Program-made: the position numbers and the translations under genes
Virus record (IMG/VR): IMGVR_UViG_3300044970_000208
Span: 1 to 60,101 of that record
Origin: a virus
Taxonomy: Duplodnaviria > Caudoviricetes
Strand: one strand, 5' to 3'
Length of the DNA stretch: 60,101 nucleotides
In this document: positions 14,827 to 23,320 of the stretch, in pieces
Numbering within the stretch: position 1 is the first letter of the stretch
Layout: each line of letters starts with the position of its first letter
Notes under the pieces: generated by a model
Told to the model about the DNA's origin: nothing
Databases searched by the model: none
What the model saw: the letters and a program-made list of their open reading frames with translations, nothing else

Positions 14827-16831
14827 TGAGTCGCATGCTGTAGCGTTTGAATGTTCACAACGAAAGAACGAAGCTGACAAGCTGTTCAGTTTCCTTGACG
14901 AACTCAAGCGCAAGAAGCACAGGATGGTGGGCTACAACAACATAGGCTTTGACTACCCTGTGTTGCATGACCTGTTGTCGGTGCGTGACAAAGCCCTCAC
15001 CGTATCTGGTAAGGCTGTGGCTACACGAGTGTACAAGAAGGCGCAGTCCATCATTGCATCTGACGACAGGTTCGGTCACATCATTCGTGATAACCAATGT
15101 CATGTGCAGCAGATTGACCTGTACAAAATTATGCACTTCGACAACCCTGCAAGAGCTACATCGTTGAAGGCGCTTGAATTCAACATGAAAGCTGACAGTA
15201 TTGTTGACCTGCCATATGACCCGCACAGTGACTTGACGGATGATGAAGTTGAAGTGTTGCTTACATACAACATGCACGATGTGAAGATGACGTTGCAGTT
15301 CTACAAAGAATGCTTGTCACAGATCAACTTCCGTGAAGAGTTGTCTGTGAAATACAACCGCAACTTCCTCAACCACAACGACACCAAGATTGGTAAAGAC
15401 TATTTCATCATGCGTCTTGAAGAAGACATGCCGGGTAGTTGCTATCGCATTGGTAAGAAGGGTGAGCGTCATCTGAATCAGACTAAACGTGATGTCATCC
15501 ACATCAAAGATTGCCTGTTCAACTACTACGACTTCCAGCGTCCTGAGTTTCAGCTTGTGTTGCAATGGTTTGCTGCACAGTCTTTGACAGAAACAAAGGG
15601 TGCGTTGTCTGATATTGAAGAGAGCGACCTCGGTGACTTAGCCGCCTACGCTGAGATGGTGACGAAGCGTCAGAAGTGGTTCAACAAACCAAGCGATGAT
15701 GTTGTTGCTGGCTTCAAAGCTTTGCACCCAATGGGTTGGGTGTCAGAGGAAGAGTTGAAGGCTAAGAAGAAGGGTGAGAAACAATACAGCTATTGGAAGA
15801 ACTGGAAAGTTGCTACCAACTTGAACGTTGTCATCGGTGGCTTTCGTTTCGACTTCGGTACTGGTGGCATTCACGGGTCCATTGAGAGCACCATCGTTAG
15901 TGACAGTGACACTCATATGATTATTGATGCTGACGTTGCATCAATGTATCCCAACATTGCCATTGCCAATCGTGTCTACCCTGAGCACTTGTCTGAGAAG
16001 TTCTGTGACATCTATCAAGACGTTTACAACCAGCGTAAGAGCTACCCCAAAGGCAGTGCTGAGAACGCCATGCTGAAGCTTGCATTGAACGGTGTATACG
16101 GTGATAGCAACAACAAGTACAGCCCCTTCTATGACCCTCAGTACACGATGTCAATCACCATCAATGGTCAGCTTAGTCTGTGCCTGTTGGCTGAGAAGCT
16201 GATGGACATTGAAGGCTTGTCCATTGTGCAGGTCAACACTGACGGTATCACTGTGAAGCTGTCTCGTAGCAAGCGTGACCAATACGACAGAGTCTGTGAC
16301 GCATGGCAGAAGCAAGTTGGTTTGCAGCTTGAGTATGCTGAGTATTCAAAGATGATTATTCGTGACGTGAATAACTACATTGCTGTGTACACAAACGGTA
16401 AGGTCAAGCGTAAGGGCGCTTATCAGTATGAAGACTTAGGCTGGCATCAAGATCAGGGTGGACTTGTGATACCGAAAGCTGCTGAAGCCGCTATGCTTCA
16501 AGGCATTCCACTTGACGTATATATCAAGGGTCATAAGAACAAGTATGACTTCATGCTCAGGGCTAAGGTGCCACGTAGCAGCAAACTTGTGATGGTGATG
16601 GATGATGGAACTGAGGTGGTTCAACAGAACACATGCCGCTACTACGCATGCAATGCTGGTGGTGAATTGATCAAGGTGATGCCACCATTGAAGGACGAGG
16701 CTGAGCCTAGACGTATATCGATTGGTGAAGGCTACGGTATGTGGACATGTAATGATGTCAACGACTTCACATGGAAAGATGTTGACTATCAATATTACAT
16801 TGACGCTGCTGAAAAGCTGGTGATACAATGA
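14762..16831 (+). CDS. DNA polymerase family B with 3'-5' exonuclease
   Basis: ExoI DIETY, ExoII YNNIGFD, ExoIII YNMHD; motif A DVASMYP, motif B KLALNGVYG, motif C NTDG. Confidence 0.92.
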   Translation: MDYIWDIETYKTAFTFSAISADESHAVAFECSQRKNEADKLFSFLDELKRKKHRMVGYNNIGFDYPVLHDLLSVRDKALTVSGKAVATRVYKKAQSIIASDDRFGHIIRDNQCHVQQIDLYKIMHFDNPARATSLKALEFNMKADSIVDLPYDPHSDLTDDEVEVLLTYNMHDVKMTLQFYKECLSQINFREELSVKYNRNFLNHNDTKIGKDYFIMRLEEDMPGSCYRIGKKGERHLNQTKRDVIHIKDCLFNYYDFQRPEFQLVLQWFAAQSLTETKGALSDIEESDLGDLAAYAEMVTKRQKWFNKPSDDVVAGFKALHPMGWVSEEELKAKKKGEKQYSYWKNWKVATNLNVVIGGFRFDFGTGGIHGSIESTIVSDSDTHMIIDADVASMYPNIAIANRVYPEHLSEKFCDIYQDVYNQRKSYPKGSAENAMLKLALNGVYGDSNNKYSPFYDPQYTMSITINGQLSLCLLAEKLMDIEGLSIVQVNTDGITVKLSRSKRDQYDRVCDAWQKQVGLQLEYAEYSKMIIRDVNNYIAVYTNGKVKRKGAYQYEDLGWHQDQGGLVIPKAAEAAMLQGIPLDVYIKGHKNKYDFMLRAKVPRSSKLVMVMDDGTEVVQQNTCRYYACNAGGELIKVMPPLKDEAEPRRISIGEGYGMWTCNDVNDFTWKDVDYQYYIDAAEKLVIQ

Positions 16832-16973
16832 CACTACTGTCCGGCACTCTTCAAGAGATTGAGAGCAAAACGTAAGGCTGATCTAAGCACTACTCTGTAC
16901 CTTCGCCGTTACTAGAAGGAAGTGATCACTACAGGTTCGGACTTCTCGGGGTGACAAGCCCCACCTATAAAAA

Positions 16974-17005
16974 GCAGGAAGCTGACCCCTGTTAAATTGG
17001 TCAGC
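16974..17005 (+). promoter_or_regulatory. H-type pseudoknot upstream of ssb
   Basis: S1 GCAGG/CCTGT, L1 AA, S2 GCTGACC/GGTCAGC, L3 6 nt. Confidence 0.6.
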
Positions 17006-17026
17006 AACAAACCAAAGGAAACTCAA

Positions 17027-17437
17027 ATGAGTGATAAAGTGAAACTGAAGTGCGACATTTATTGGGCACAACTCAATCGTAAGAACGAAATGTCTGATGC
17101 ATATCAGGTAAATCTGTGCAATCTTTCTGACAAGGCTGTCGCTGCGTTGGAAGACATGGGCATCTCTGTTCAGGAGAACGCTGAGAAGAAGCCTGAGATG
17201 GGTAAGTATATTACCTGCAAGTCTCAGAAGCCAATCAAAGCTTTCGATACTGACGGTGTTGACATCGTTGAAGACATTGGAAACGGTAGCAAAGCTGTGT
17301 GTATGATCAGTGCTTATAGCTGGACGTACAAGAACAAGAAAGGCGTTAGTCCTTCACTGGCTAAGTTGGTTGTCACTGACTTGGTTGTATACGAAGGTGC
17401 TAATAGTGTATCTGCTGAAGATGAGGACGTACTGTAA
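17027..17437 (+). CDS. ssb: Single-stranded DNA-binding protein (T7 gp2.5/DUF2815-like)
   Basis: IGNGS motif, acidic tail, position between polymerase and exonuclease. Confidence 0.75.
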   Translation: MSDKVKLKCDIYWAQLNRKNEMSDAYQVNLCNLSDKAVAALEDMGISVQENAEKKPEMGKYITCKSQKPIKAFDTDGVDIVEDIGNGSKAVCMISAYSWTYKNKKGVSPSLAKLVVTDLVVYEGANSVSAEDEDVL

Positions 17438-17622
17438 TGCAAATCAAACTAGACCTCCACCTCGAAACTGTCAATGCTTGCCTCACAGCATTGGGTAAAC
17501 TGCCTTACGAGTTTGCTGCACAGCACATCAATGTCATTCAGCAACAAGCTGGTCCTCAGTTTGAAGCGGCACAGGCTGCTACCAAAGCTGAAGCACAAGA
17601 GCCTGCTGGTCTGAGTGACTGA
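17437..17622 (+). CDS. Hypothetical protein, 61 aa
   Basis: L.ALGKLPYE family; coupled. Confidence 0.75.
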   Translation: MQIKLDLHLETVNACLTALGKLPYEFAAQHINVIQQQAGPQFEAAQAATKAEAQEPAGLSD

Positions 17623-18320
17623 TGAAGGCATTGCTCGATAGCGATATATTCGCTTACAGAGCATCAGCAGCATGTGAGGATGAAGATGTTGATCAAGCTT
17701 GTCGATCCGTTGACAGCCTCATCATCAACACCCTCATGTGCGGTGTAGACAGATGTGGTTATGTAGATCGGTGGCAACTCTACCTCACAGGTAAGAACAA
17801 CTTCAGATACAACATAGCCGTGACAGCGCCTTACAAAGGCAACAGAGTGGACAAGGTTAAGCCTAAGCATTTAGCAGCGGTGAGACAACACTTGGTTGAC
17901 CATTGGGGCGCTGTTGTCTGTGATGGTATTGAAGCAGACGATGCCATTGCTACAGATGCTACATCCCTTGGTGACGAGGGTGTCATTGTTTCCTTGGACA
18001 AAGACTTAGATCAGGTGGAGGGATGGCATTACAACTTCATCAAGAGGGATGCCTACTACATCACACCTGAAGAAGCTGTACACAAACTGTACATGCAAAT
18101 CTTGACAGGGGATAATGCAGACAACATCATTGGCTTGAAAGGTATTGGACCAGTGAAAGCTGAGAAGATATTGGAAGGTGCTGTTGATGAATGTGAAATG
18201 TATCAACGATGTGTTGAAGCCTATGACGGTGTTGAAGAGCGTGTCATAGAGAATGCACATCTTCTTTTTCTACGTAGACATGAAGGTCAAATATGGAAGC
18301 CACCAACGCAAACAAATTGA
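17622..18320 (+). CDS. 5'-3' exonuclease (T7 gp6-like)
   Basis: YKGNR, EADD, DKDL, GDNADNIIGLKGIGPVKA. Confidence 0.93.
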   Translation: MKALLDSDIFAYRASAACEDEDVDQACRSVDSLIINTLMCGVDRCGYVDRWQLYLTGKNNFRYNIAVTAPYKGNRVDKVKPKHLAAVRQHLVDHWGAVVCDGIEADDAIATDATSLGDEGVIVSLDKDLDQVEGWHYNFIKRDAYYITPEEAVHKLYMQILTGDNADNIIGLKGIGPVKAEKILEGAVDECEMYQRCVEAYDGVEERVIENAHLLFLRRHEGQIWKPPTQTN

Positions 18321-18634
18321 AACCGAATGATGTAGCTATTGTGCTGCGTCCTCACTACAAAAAAGGTGAGAAGTGGGATGGAAATTTCCAAGTGATGATT
18401 AGTGGTGTTGGCCCTGTCACTATGGACGAAGAAGACTTCGCTAGTCTTGTTCATATCGGCATGATTATTGCCGCCACTGTTCCATTGATTGATGAAGACC
18501 CTGCGCTGGCTGATCGTTTTCTTGAGAAGGTGAAGGCCATCTACAACCAATCTGCTATTGACGAACTTGAGGATGTCAAGGATGCAGAGTTTGTGTTGTC
18601 TAAGTATACGAAGACGATTGGGGGTGTGCAGTGA
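18293..18634 (+). CDS. Hypothetical protein, 113 aa
   Basis: Packing, codon usage. Confidence 0.75.
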   Translation: MEATNANKLKPNDVAIVLRPHYKKGEKWDGNFQVMISGVGPVTMDEEDFASLVHIGMIIAATVPLIDEDPALADRFLEKVKAIYNQSAIDELEDVKDAEFVLSKYTKTIGGVQ

Positions 18635-19143
18635 CTGATAAGAATTGTGAGAATTGTTTTTACGGAGACTATTCTGCTGATGATGATCCTTGCAATAGTT
18701 GCTGTGCAGACTCAATGAATGGTAAAGACATGTACTCCAAATGGGTAGCCATTGATGTATTCAAGAACATTGACAACCACGGTGAAGCTATGGTGAAACG
18801 ACAACACAGTCCACAAGTTCATGAAGAAGATATTGTGACTGGACATATCAAAGTTGAAGGTGTCAAGTACGACAACGACAAACCTCAATGGTCTTTGCTG
18901 CCCTTCAAAGCTTTGAAAGAAGTTGTTGATGTGTTGACCTATGGCGCGAAGAAGTATGCACCAGACAACTGGAAGAAGGTGCCAAATGCTAAGCAGCGTT
19001 ACATCGATGCAGGTTTTCGTCACTTCACTGCCTATGCTGCTGGTGAAAAGCTAGACCCCGAAACTGGTAAGAGTCATCTTGCTCACGCTATGTGTTGCCT
19101 GCTATACTTGCTGGCCTTTGAAATAGGAGAAGATCGTGGCTAA
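18631..19143 (+). CDS. DUF5664 dATP/dGTP diphosphohydrolase-domain protein with Cys-rich N-terminus
   Basis: GVKYD..KP.WSLLP, YGAKKY..DNW, RH, DPETGKSHLAHA. Confidence 0.85.
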   Translation: MTDKNCENCFYGDYSADDDPCNSCCADSMNGKDMYSKWVAIDVFKNIDNHGEAMVKRQHSPQVHEEDIVTGHIKVEGVKYDNDKPQWSLLPFKALKEVVDVLTYGAKKYAPDNWKKVPNAKQRYIDAGFRHFTAYAAGEKLDPETGKSHLAHAMCCLLYLLAFEIGEDRG

Positions 19144-19312
19144 GATTACACTCACCTTTGTTGCCGAAGTAGACAACTCAGAACTTGACAGCATCTACAC
19201 ACACGAAGACTTGCTTGTTGAAGACTTGAAAGAACATGTGACGTATGCACTGTCTCGACTGAACATTGAAGACGTATGTTTCAGGAATGTAGATGTGGAA
19301 GGACTAACATGA
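19136..19312 (+). CDS. Hypothetical protein, 58 aa (GTG start)
   Basis: AGGAG RBS; fills the gap. Confidence 0.6.
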   Translation: MAKITLTFVAEVDNSELDSIYTHEDLLVEDLKEHVTYALSRLNIEDVCFRNVDVEGLT

Positions 19313-19500
19313 AGCTAACAGTTACAACAGCAGAGAACGGGTTTGTTGTTGACGTTGAGGAGCCTGAAGACAGTCATTACTACTTCGTTGCTCTTGATGT
19401 TGCTGATGTATGTGGCATCATTGAGAATCTATTGGTTGATACCAAAGATCAACTCGACATGACCAACATAGCTTTTGAAGCGGTTCACAGTGACCGTTAA
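19309..19500 (+). CDS. Acidic hypothetical protein (MKLTVTTAENGF...)
   Basis: RBS, coupling. Confidence 0.7.
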   Translation: MKLTVTTAENGFVVDVEEPEDSHYYFVALDVADVCGIIENLLVDTKDQLDMTNIAFEAVHSDR

Positions 19501-19873
19501 AGAACGCAATGGTGGTGAATGGACAGAGGCACGATTCAGAAGTTTCGTGACCTCTGCCTTACGTGCAGCGTCAAGGCGTTGGCCTCCTAAGTACAAGGCT
19601 TTGAAGGAAGCTTTCGTGGGTAGGAAGGTGAATGCTAAGACGGGTAAGCAGGCAATGCATTACCAGTGCGCTGAGTGCTCTAAACATTTCGTAGCAACAG
19701 ACGTTCAAGTTGATCACATCCATCCTGTTGTAGACCCTAAGAAGGGCTTCACTACATGGGACAACTTCATTGAACGTATGTTCTGTGAGATAAAGAATCT
19801 TCAGGTGCTATGTAAGCCTTGCCATAAAATCAAAACTGATCAAGAGAAACTTGAAAGGAAAAAGAAAGTATGA
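19475..19873 (+). CDS. HNH endonuclease
   Basis: CAEC..VDHIHP..NLQVLCKPCHKIKT; start uncertain. Confidence 0.88.
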   Translation: MKRFTVTVKERNGGEWTEARFRSFVTSALRAASRRWPPKYKALKEAFVGRKVNAKTGKQAMHYQCAECSKHFVATDVQVDHIHPVVDPKKGFTTWDNFIERMFCEIKNLQVLCKPCHKIKTDQEKLERKKKV

Positions 19874-20760
19874 GCTTCCTAAAATATCAACACCTTGAAC
19901 GCTACGGTAACACCGAAGTGGAAGGCATTGAAGTGGGTACATGCTATGTCTTCCCTAAGCTGGACGGTACTAACGGTAGTGTCTGGTATGAGGACGGCAC
20001 ACTGCGATGCGGTAGTCGCAACCGTGAGCTTGCACCAAACAACGACAATGCTGGTTTCATGAACGCCATGATGGACAATGTGTCCGTGTTAACGTATGTA
20101 ATGGCGAACAACGAACATATACTGTACGGTGAATGGCTTGTGCCGCATACACTGAAGACCTACAACGACGATGCATGGCGCAAGTTCTATGTGTTCGATG
20201 TGTTTGATCGCAAGAAAGAACGACTGCTTAGCTATGACGAATACTCTGAGGGCTTGGTTGCTGCTGGTATCAACGTCATTGCCCCTATTGCCATCATCAA
20301 GAACGGTAGCATCGACCACTTTACTGAGTGTCTTAGCAAGGCACACTACTTGGTGAAGGATGGTGAAGGTAGTGGTGAAGGTGTTGTCATCAAGAACTAC
20401 GACTACAAGAACAAGTATGGTCGTCAGACTTGGGCTAAGATTGTCACCAACGAATTCAAAGCCAAGCATCACATTGCAATGGGTGCGCCTGTTGTTGGTT
20501 GTGAAATCGTTGAAGAGAAGATTGCTGCTAAGTATGTGACGCAAGCTTTGGTTGACAAGGTGGAAGCAAAGATTGTCAACGAGATGGGTGGATGGTCATC
20601 GAAATATATCCCTCGACTGATCAACACTGTGTGGTACGATGTAGTCACTGAAGAGACTTGGAACTTTGTCAAAGAGTTTAAGAATCCGAAGGTGGACTTC
20701 AAGGTGTTGTCGCATTACGTGACAGCGAAGATTAAAGAACTGAAAAAGGAACTGTTCTAA
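19870..20760 (+). CDS. RNA ligase family protein (Rnl2-like)
   Basis: Motif I KLDGTN, SRNR, GEW, FDV, EGVVIK, AK. Confidence 0.85.
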   Translation: MSFLKYQHLERYGNTEVEGIEVGTCYVFPKLDGTNGSVWYEDGTLRCGSRNRELAPNNDNAGFMNAMMDNVSVLTYVMANNEHILYGEWLVPHTLKTYNDDAWRKFYVFDVFDRKKERLLSYDEYSEGLVAAGINVIAPIAIIKNGSIDHFTECLSKAHYLVKDGEGSGEGVVIKNYDYKNKYGRQTWAKIVTNEFKAKHHIAMGAPVVGCEIVEEKIAAKYVTQALVDKVEAKIVNEMGGWSSKYIPRLINTVWYDVVTEETWNFVKEFKNPKVDFKVLSHYVTAKIKELKKELF

Positions 20761-20981
20761 TGATTACTGAAGAAAAAGACCCGTGGAAAAAACGAAGTGC
20801 AGGTATGACTTGTTCAACATGTATCTGGTTTGTACCAAAGTTTGGAGATGCCCCAGTCAAACCGGAAAATCATAAGATTGTCGGGCGATGCCGCCGCCAC
20901 GCCCCCACTATGGGTGGCTATCCTGTGGTTTATATGAACGATTGGTGTGGGGATCACCGCATTGACGAGAATAAAGTATGA
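20760..20981 (+). CDS. Small Cys-rich protein
   Basis: CSTC, GRCRRHAP, DWCGDH. Confidence 0.75.
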   Translation: MITEEKDPWKKRSAGMTCSTCIWFVPKFGDAPVKPENHKIVGRCRRHAPTMGGYPVVYMNDWCGDHRIDENKV

Positions 20982-21151
20982 AAATCGAACTTGAAAACTA
21001 CAGAGAAAACGAAGACGGTTCTGCCGACTTCAATGTCAGCATGGACGAAGCAGCTAAAGAGTTTCTGCTACGCTATGCTCTTATCGCTTGCATCACCGAT
21101 GCTATCGAAGCTGGTAAAGCAGCTACACCAACAACAGAGGAAACAGAATGA
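20978..21151 (+). CDS. Hypothetical protein, 57 aa (ENEDGSA motif)
   Basis: ATGA overlaps on both sides. Confidence 0.7.
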   Translation: MKIELENYRENEDGSADFNVSMDEAAKEFLLRYALIACITDAIEAGKAATPTTEETE

Positions 21152-21462
21152 ACATCGATAGTTATCAACGGTCAGCAATGACCTTCCGTTTGCCTACAGC
21201 AGATCGTGAATATGCACTACTCAACCTAGCTGCTGAAGCTGGTGAAGTGTTGGGCAAGGCTGCTAAGCTGCGCCGAGATGGGGGCGATGTTGAACAATAC
21301 AACACAGCCATCAAGAAAGAACTTGGTGATGTGATGTGGCAGGCTGCTGCTGTTGCTCAAGACCACGGCTTTACATTGTCCGAAGTTTGTATACACAATC
21401 TGCAAAAACTGTGGGGTAGAAAAGACAATGGTACACTACAAGGTAGCGGCGACCTTCGCTGA
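21148..21462 (+). CDS. mazG: MazG-like nucleotide pyrophosphohydrolase
   Basis: EAGEV, ELGDVMW, N..KL..R, GSGD.R. Confidence 0.9.
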   Translation: MNIDSYQRSAMTFRLPTADREYALLNLAAEAGEVLGKAAKLRRDGGDVEQYNTAIKKELGDVMWQAAAVAQDHGFTLSEVCIHNLQKLWGRKDNGTLQGSGDLR

Positions 21463-21492
21463 GTGATATAACTCCATCCCTTTTCCACACCC

Positions 21493-21516
21493 AAGGAGCT
21501 TCGGCTCCTTTCTTTT
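21493..21516 (+). terminator. Intrinsic terminator-like hairpin between mazG and nrdA
   Basis: AAGGAGC-TTCG-GCTCCTT-TCTTTT. Confidence 0.65.
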
Positions 21517-21539
21517 CCACTAAACCAAGGCAGTATAGA

Positions 21540-23318
21540 ATGAAATATAAAGTTGACATCGACCTATCACGAGACAATCTTTTCGATGAACTAGGTAAGC
21601 AACGACTCAAAGAAAGCTACATGAAAGATGACGAAGTATCTCCGCAAGAACGATTCGCATTCGTATCAGCATCGTTTGCAAGCAACCAAGAACATGCTCA
21701 GCGACTCTATGAATACTCTAGTAAGCACTGGCTCAGCTATTCTACTCCTGTCCTATCTTTTGGTCGTTCTAAGCGCGGGTTGCCTATTAGCTGTTTTCTT
21801 AATTTTATGGATGATAGTGCAGAAGGTTTGGTCGATAATCTTTCAGAGACAAACTGGTTATCGATGATGGGTGGTGGTGTTGGTGTTCACGTTGGTATTC
21901 GCAACAGCGATGACAAGTCCACAGGTGTCATGCCTCACTTAAAAATCTATGACGCTAGTTCATTGGCCTACCGTCAAGGACGTACACGCCGTGGTAGCTA
22001 TGCTGCCTACCTCGATATTCACCACCCCGATATCATCCAGTTCTTGGAGATGCGTAAGCCCACTGGTGATCAGAACGTGCGTACACTGAACCTGCACCAC
22101 GGCATCAACATCACCGATGAGTTCATGAACATCATTGAACGATGCATGAAAGATGACAACGCTGACGATAGCTTCAATCTGATCAACCCTTCCAATGGTG
22201 AAGTTGTTGAAACAATATCTGCTAAGTATTTGTGGCAGAAGATTCTTGAGTTGCGTATGCAGACGGGTGAACCCTACCTCATCTACATTGACACAGCTAA
22301 CAAAGCTTTGCCGTCTTGGTTGAAAGACAAAGGGTTAAAGATTAACGGTAGCAATCTCTGCACTGAAATCTTCTTACCAACAAACGAGAACCGCACAGCA
22401 GTGTGCTGCTTGTCTTCACTGAACTTGGAATACTATGACGAATGGAAAAGCAACAAACAGTTTATCCTTGATGTTATGGAGATGCTTGATAATGTACTTC
22501 AATACTTTATTGACAATGCTCCAGACTCTATCGCCCGTGCTCGTTCTAGTGCGATGATGGAGCGAAGTATCGGTATTGGCACACTAGGCTTTCATGCTTT
22601 CTTGCAGAAGAAAGGTGTTGCCATTGATGGTGTATTGGCTAAGAGTTACAACAATGAAATCTTCAAACACATTTATAACCAGTGCGTTATTAGCGATGCA
22701 ATCTTGGTTACGTCACGAGGTGAATGCCCTGACGCGCATCTCAGCGGTATTCGTCGTCGCTTCAGTCATTGGACTGCTATTGCACCTAACGCCAGCAGCA
22801 GCCTAATCATGGGCAACACCAGCCCCTCTGTTGAACCATACCGCGCTAACGTATTCCGTCAAGACACATTGTCTGGTGCGTTCGTGTACAAGAATCGTTT
22901 CCTCAAAGCTGAGCTTGAGAAGCTTGGTATGGACGATGACGACACATGGGCATCTATCATCAGCAACGATGGGTCTATTCAGCATCTGGATGTGTCTGAG
23001 AAACTGAAGGAAGTGTACAAGACAGCAATGGAGATTGATCAGCGCTGGTTGATTGAGCTTGCAGCAGATCGTCAGAAGTACATTGATCAGGGACAATCGA
23101 TCAACCTGTTCTTCCCCGCTAATGTGTCTGTGAAGTATCTGCATAGCGTTCACTTCCTTGCTTGGAAGAGTGGACTCAAGAGCCTGTACTATCTGCGTAG
23201 TGAGAAGGTGCGTAAGGCTGACAAGGTTGGTGCTCAGATTAAGCGTCAACGCATTGAAGATGAAATTGATTTGAAACAAATTGCAGATGGTGACACCTGC
23301 TTAGCTTGCGAAGGATGA
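21540..23318 (+). CDS. nrdA: Ribonucleotide reductase class I, alpha subunit
   Basis: ISCF, SNLCTEI, CCLSSLN, APNASSS, LYYLR, C-terminal CLAC. Confidence 0.96.
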   Translation: MKYKVDIDLSRDNLFDELGKQRLKESYMKDDEVSPQERFAFVSASFASNQEHAQRLYEYSSKHWLSYSTPVLSFGRSKRGLPISCFLNFMDDSAEGLVDNLSETNWLSMMGGGVGVHVGIRNSDDKSTGVMPHLKIYDASSLAYRQGRTRRGSYAAYLDIHHPDIIQFLEMRKPTGDQNVRTLNLHHGINITDEFMNIIERCMKDDNADDSFNLINPSNGEVVETISAKYLWQKILELRMQTGEPYLIYIDTANKALPSWLKDKGLKINGSNLCTEIFLPTNENRTAVCCLSSLNLEYYDEWKSNKQFILDVMEMLDNVLQYFIDNAPDSIARARSSAMMERSIGIGTLGFHAFLQKKGVAIDGVLAKSYNNEIFKHIYNQCVISDAILVTSRGECPDAHLSGIRRRFSHWTAIAPNASSSLIMGNTSPSVEPYRANVFRQDTLSGAFVYKNRFLKAELEKLGMDDDDTWASIISNDGSIQHLDVSEKLKEVYKTAMEIDQRWLIELAADRQKYIDQGQSINLFFPANVSVKYLHSVHFLAWKSGLKSLYYLRSEKVRKADKVGAQIKRQRIEDEIDLKQIADGDTCLACEG

Positions 23319-23320
23319 AC

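Noticed and set aside
16920-16965. tRNA suggested by GGTTCG
   Set aside because: No cloverleaf, T-arm pairing or acceptor stem
18631-19143. Diaminopurine (Z) or other modified-base genome suggested by DUF5664, MazG and an unusual polymerase
   Set aside because: No PurZ, deazaguanine pathway or glycosyltransferase genes recognised; DUF5664 and MazG are common on their own
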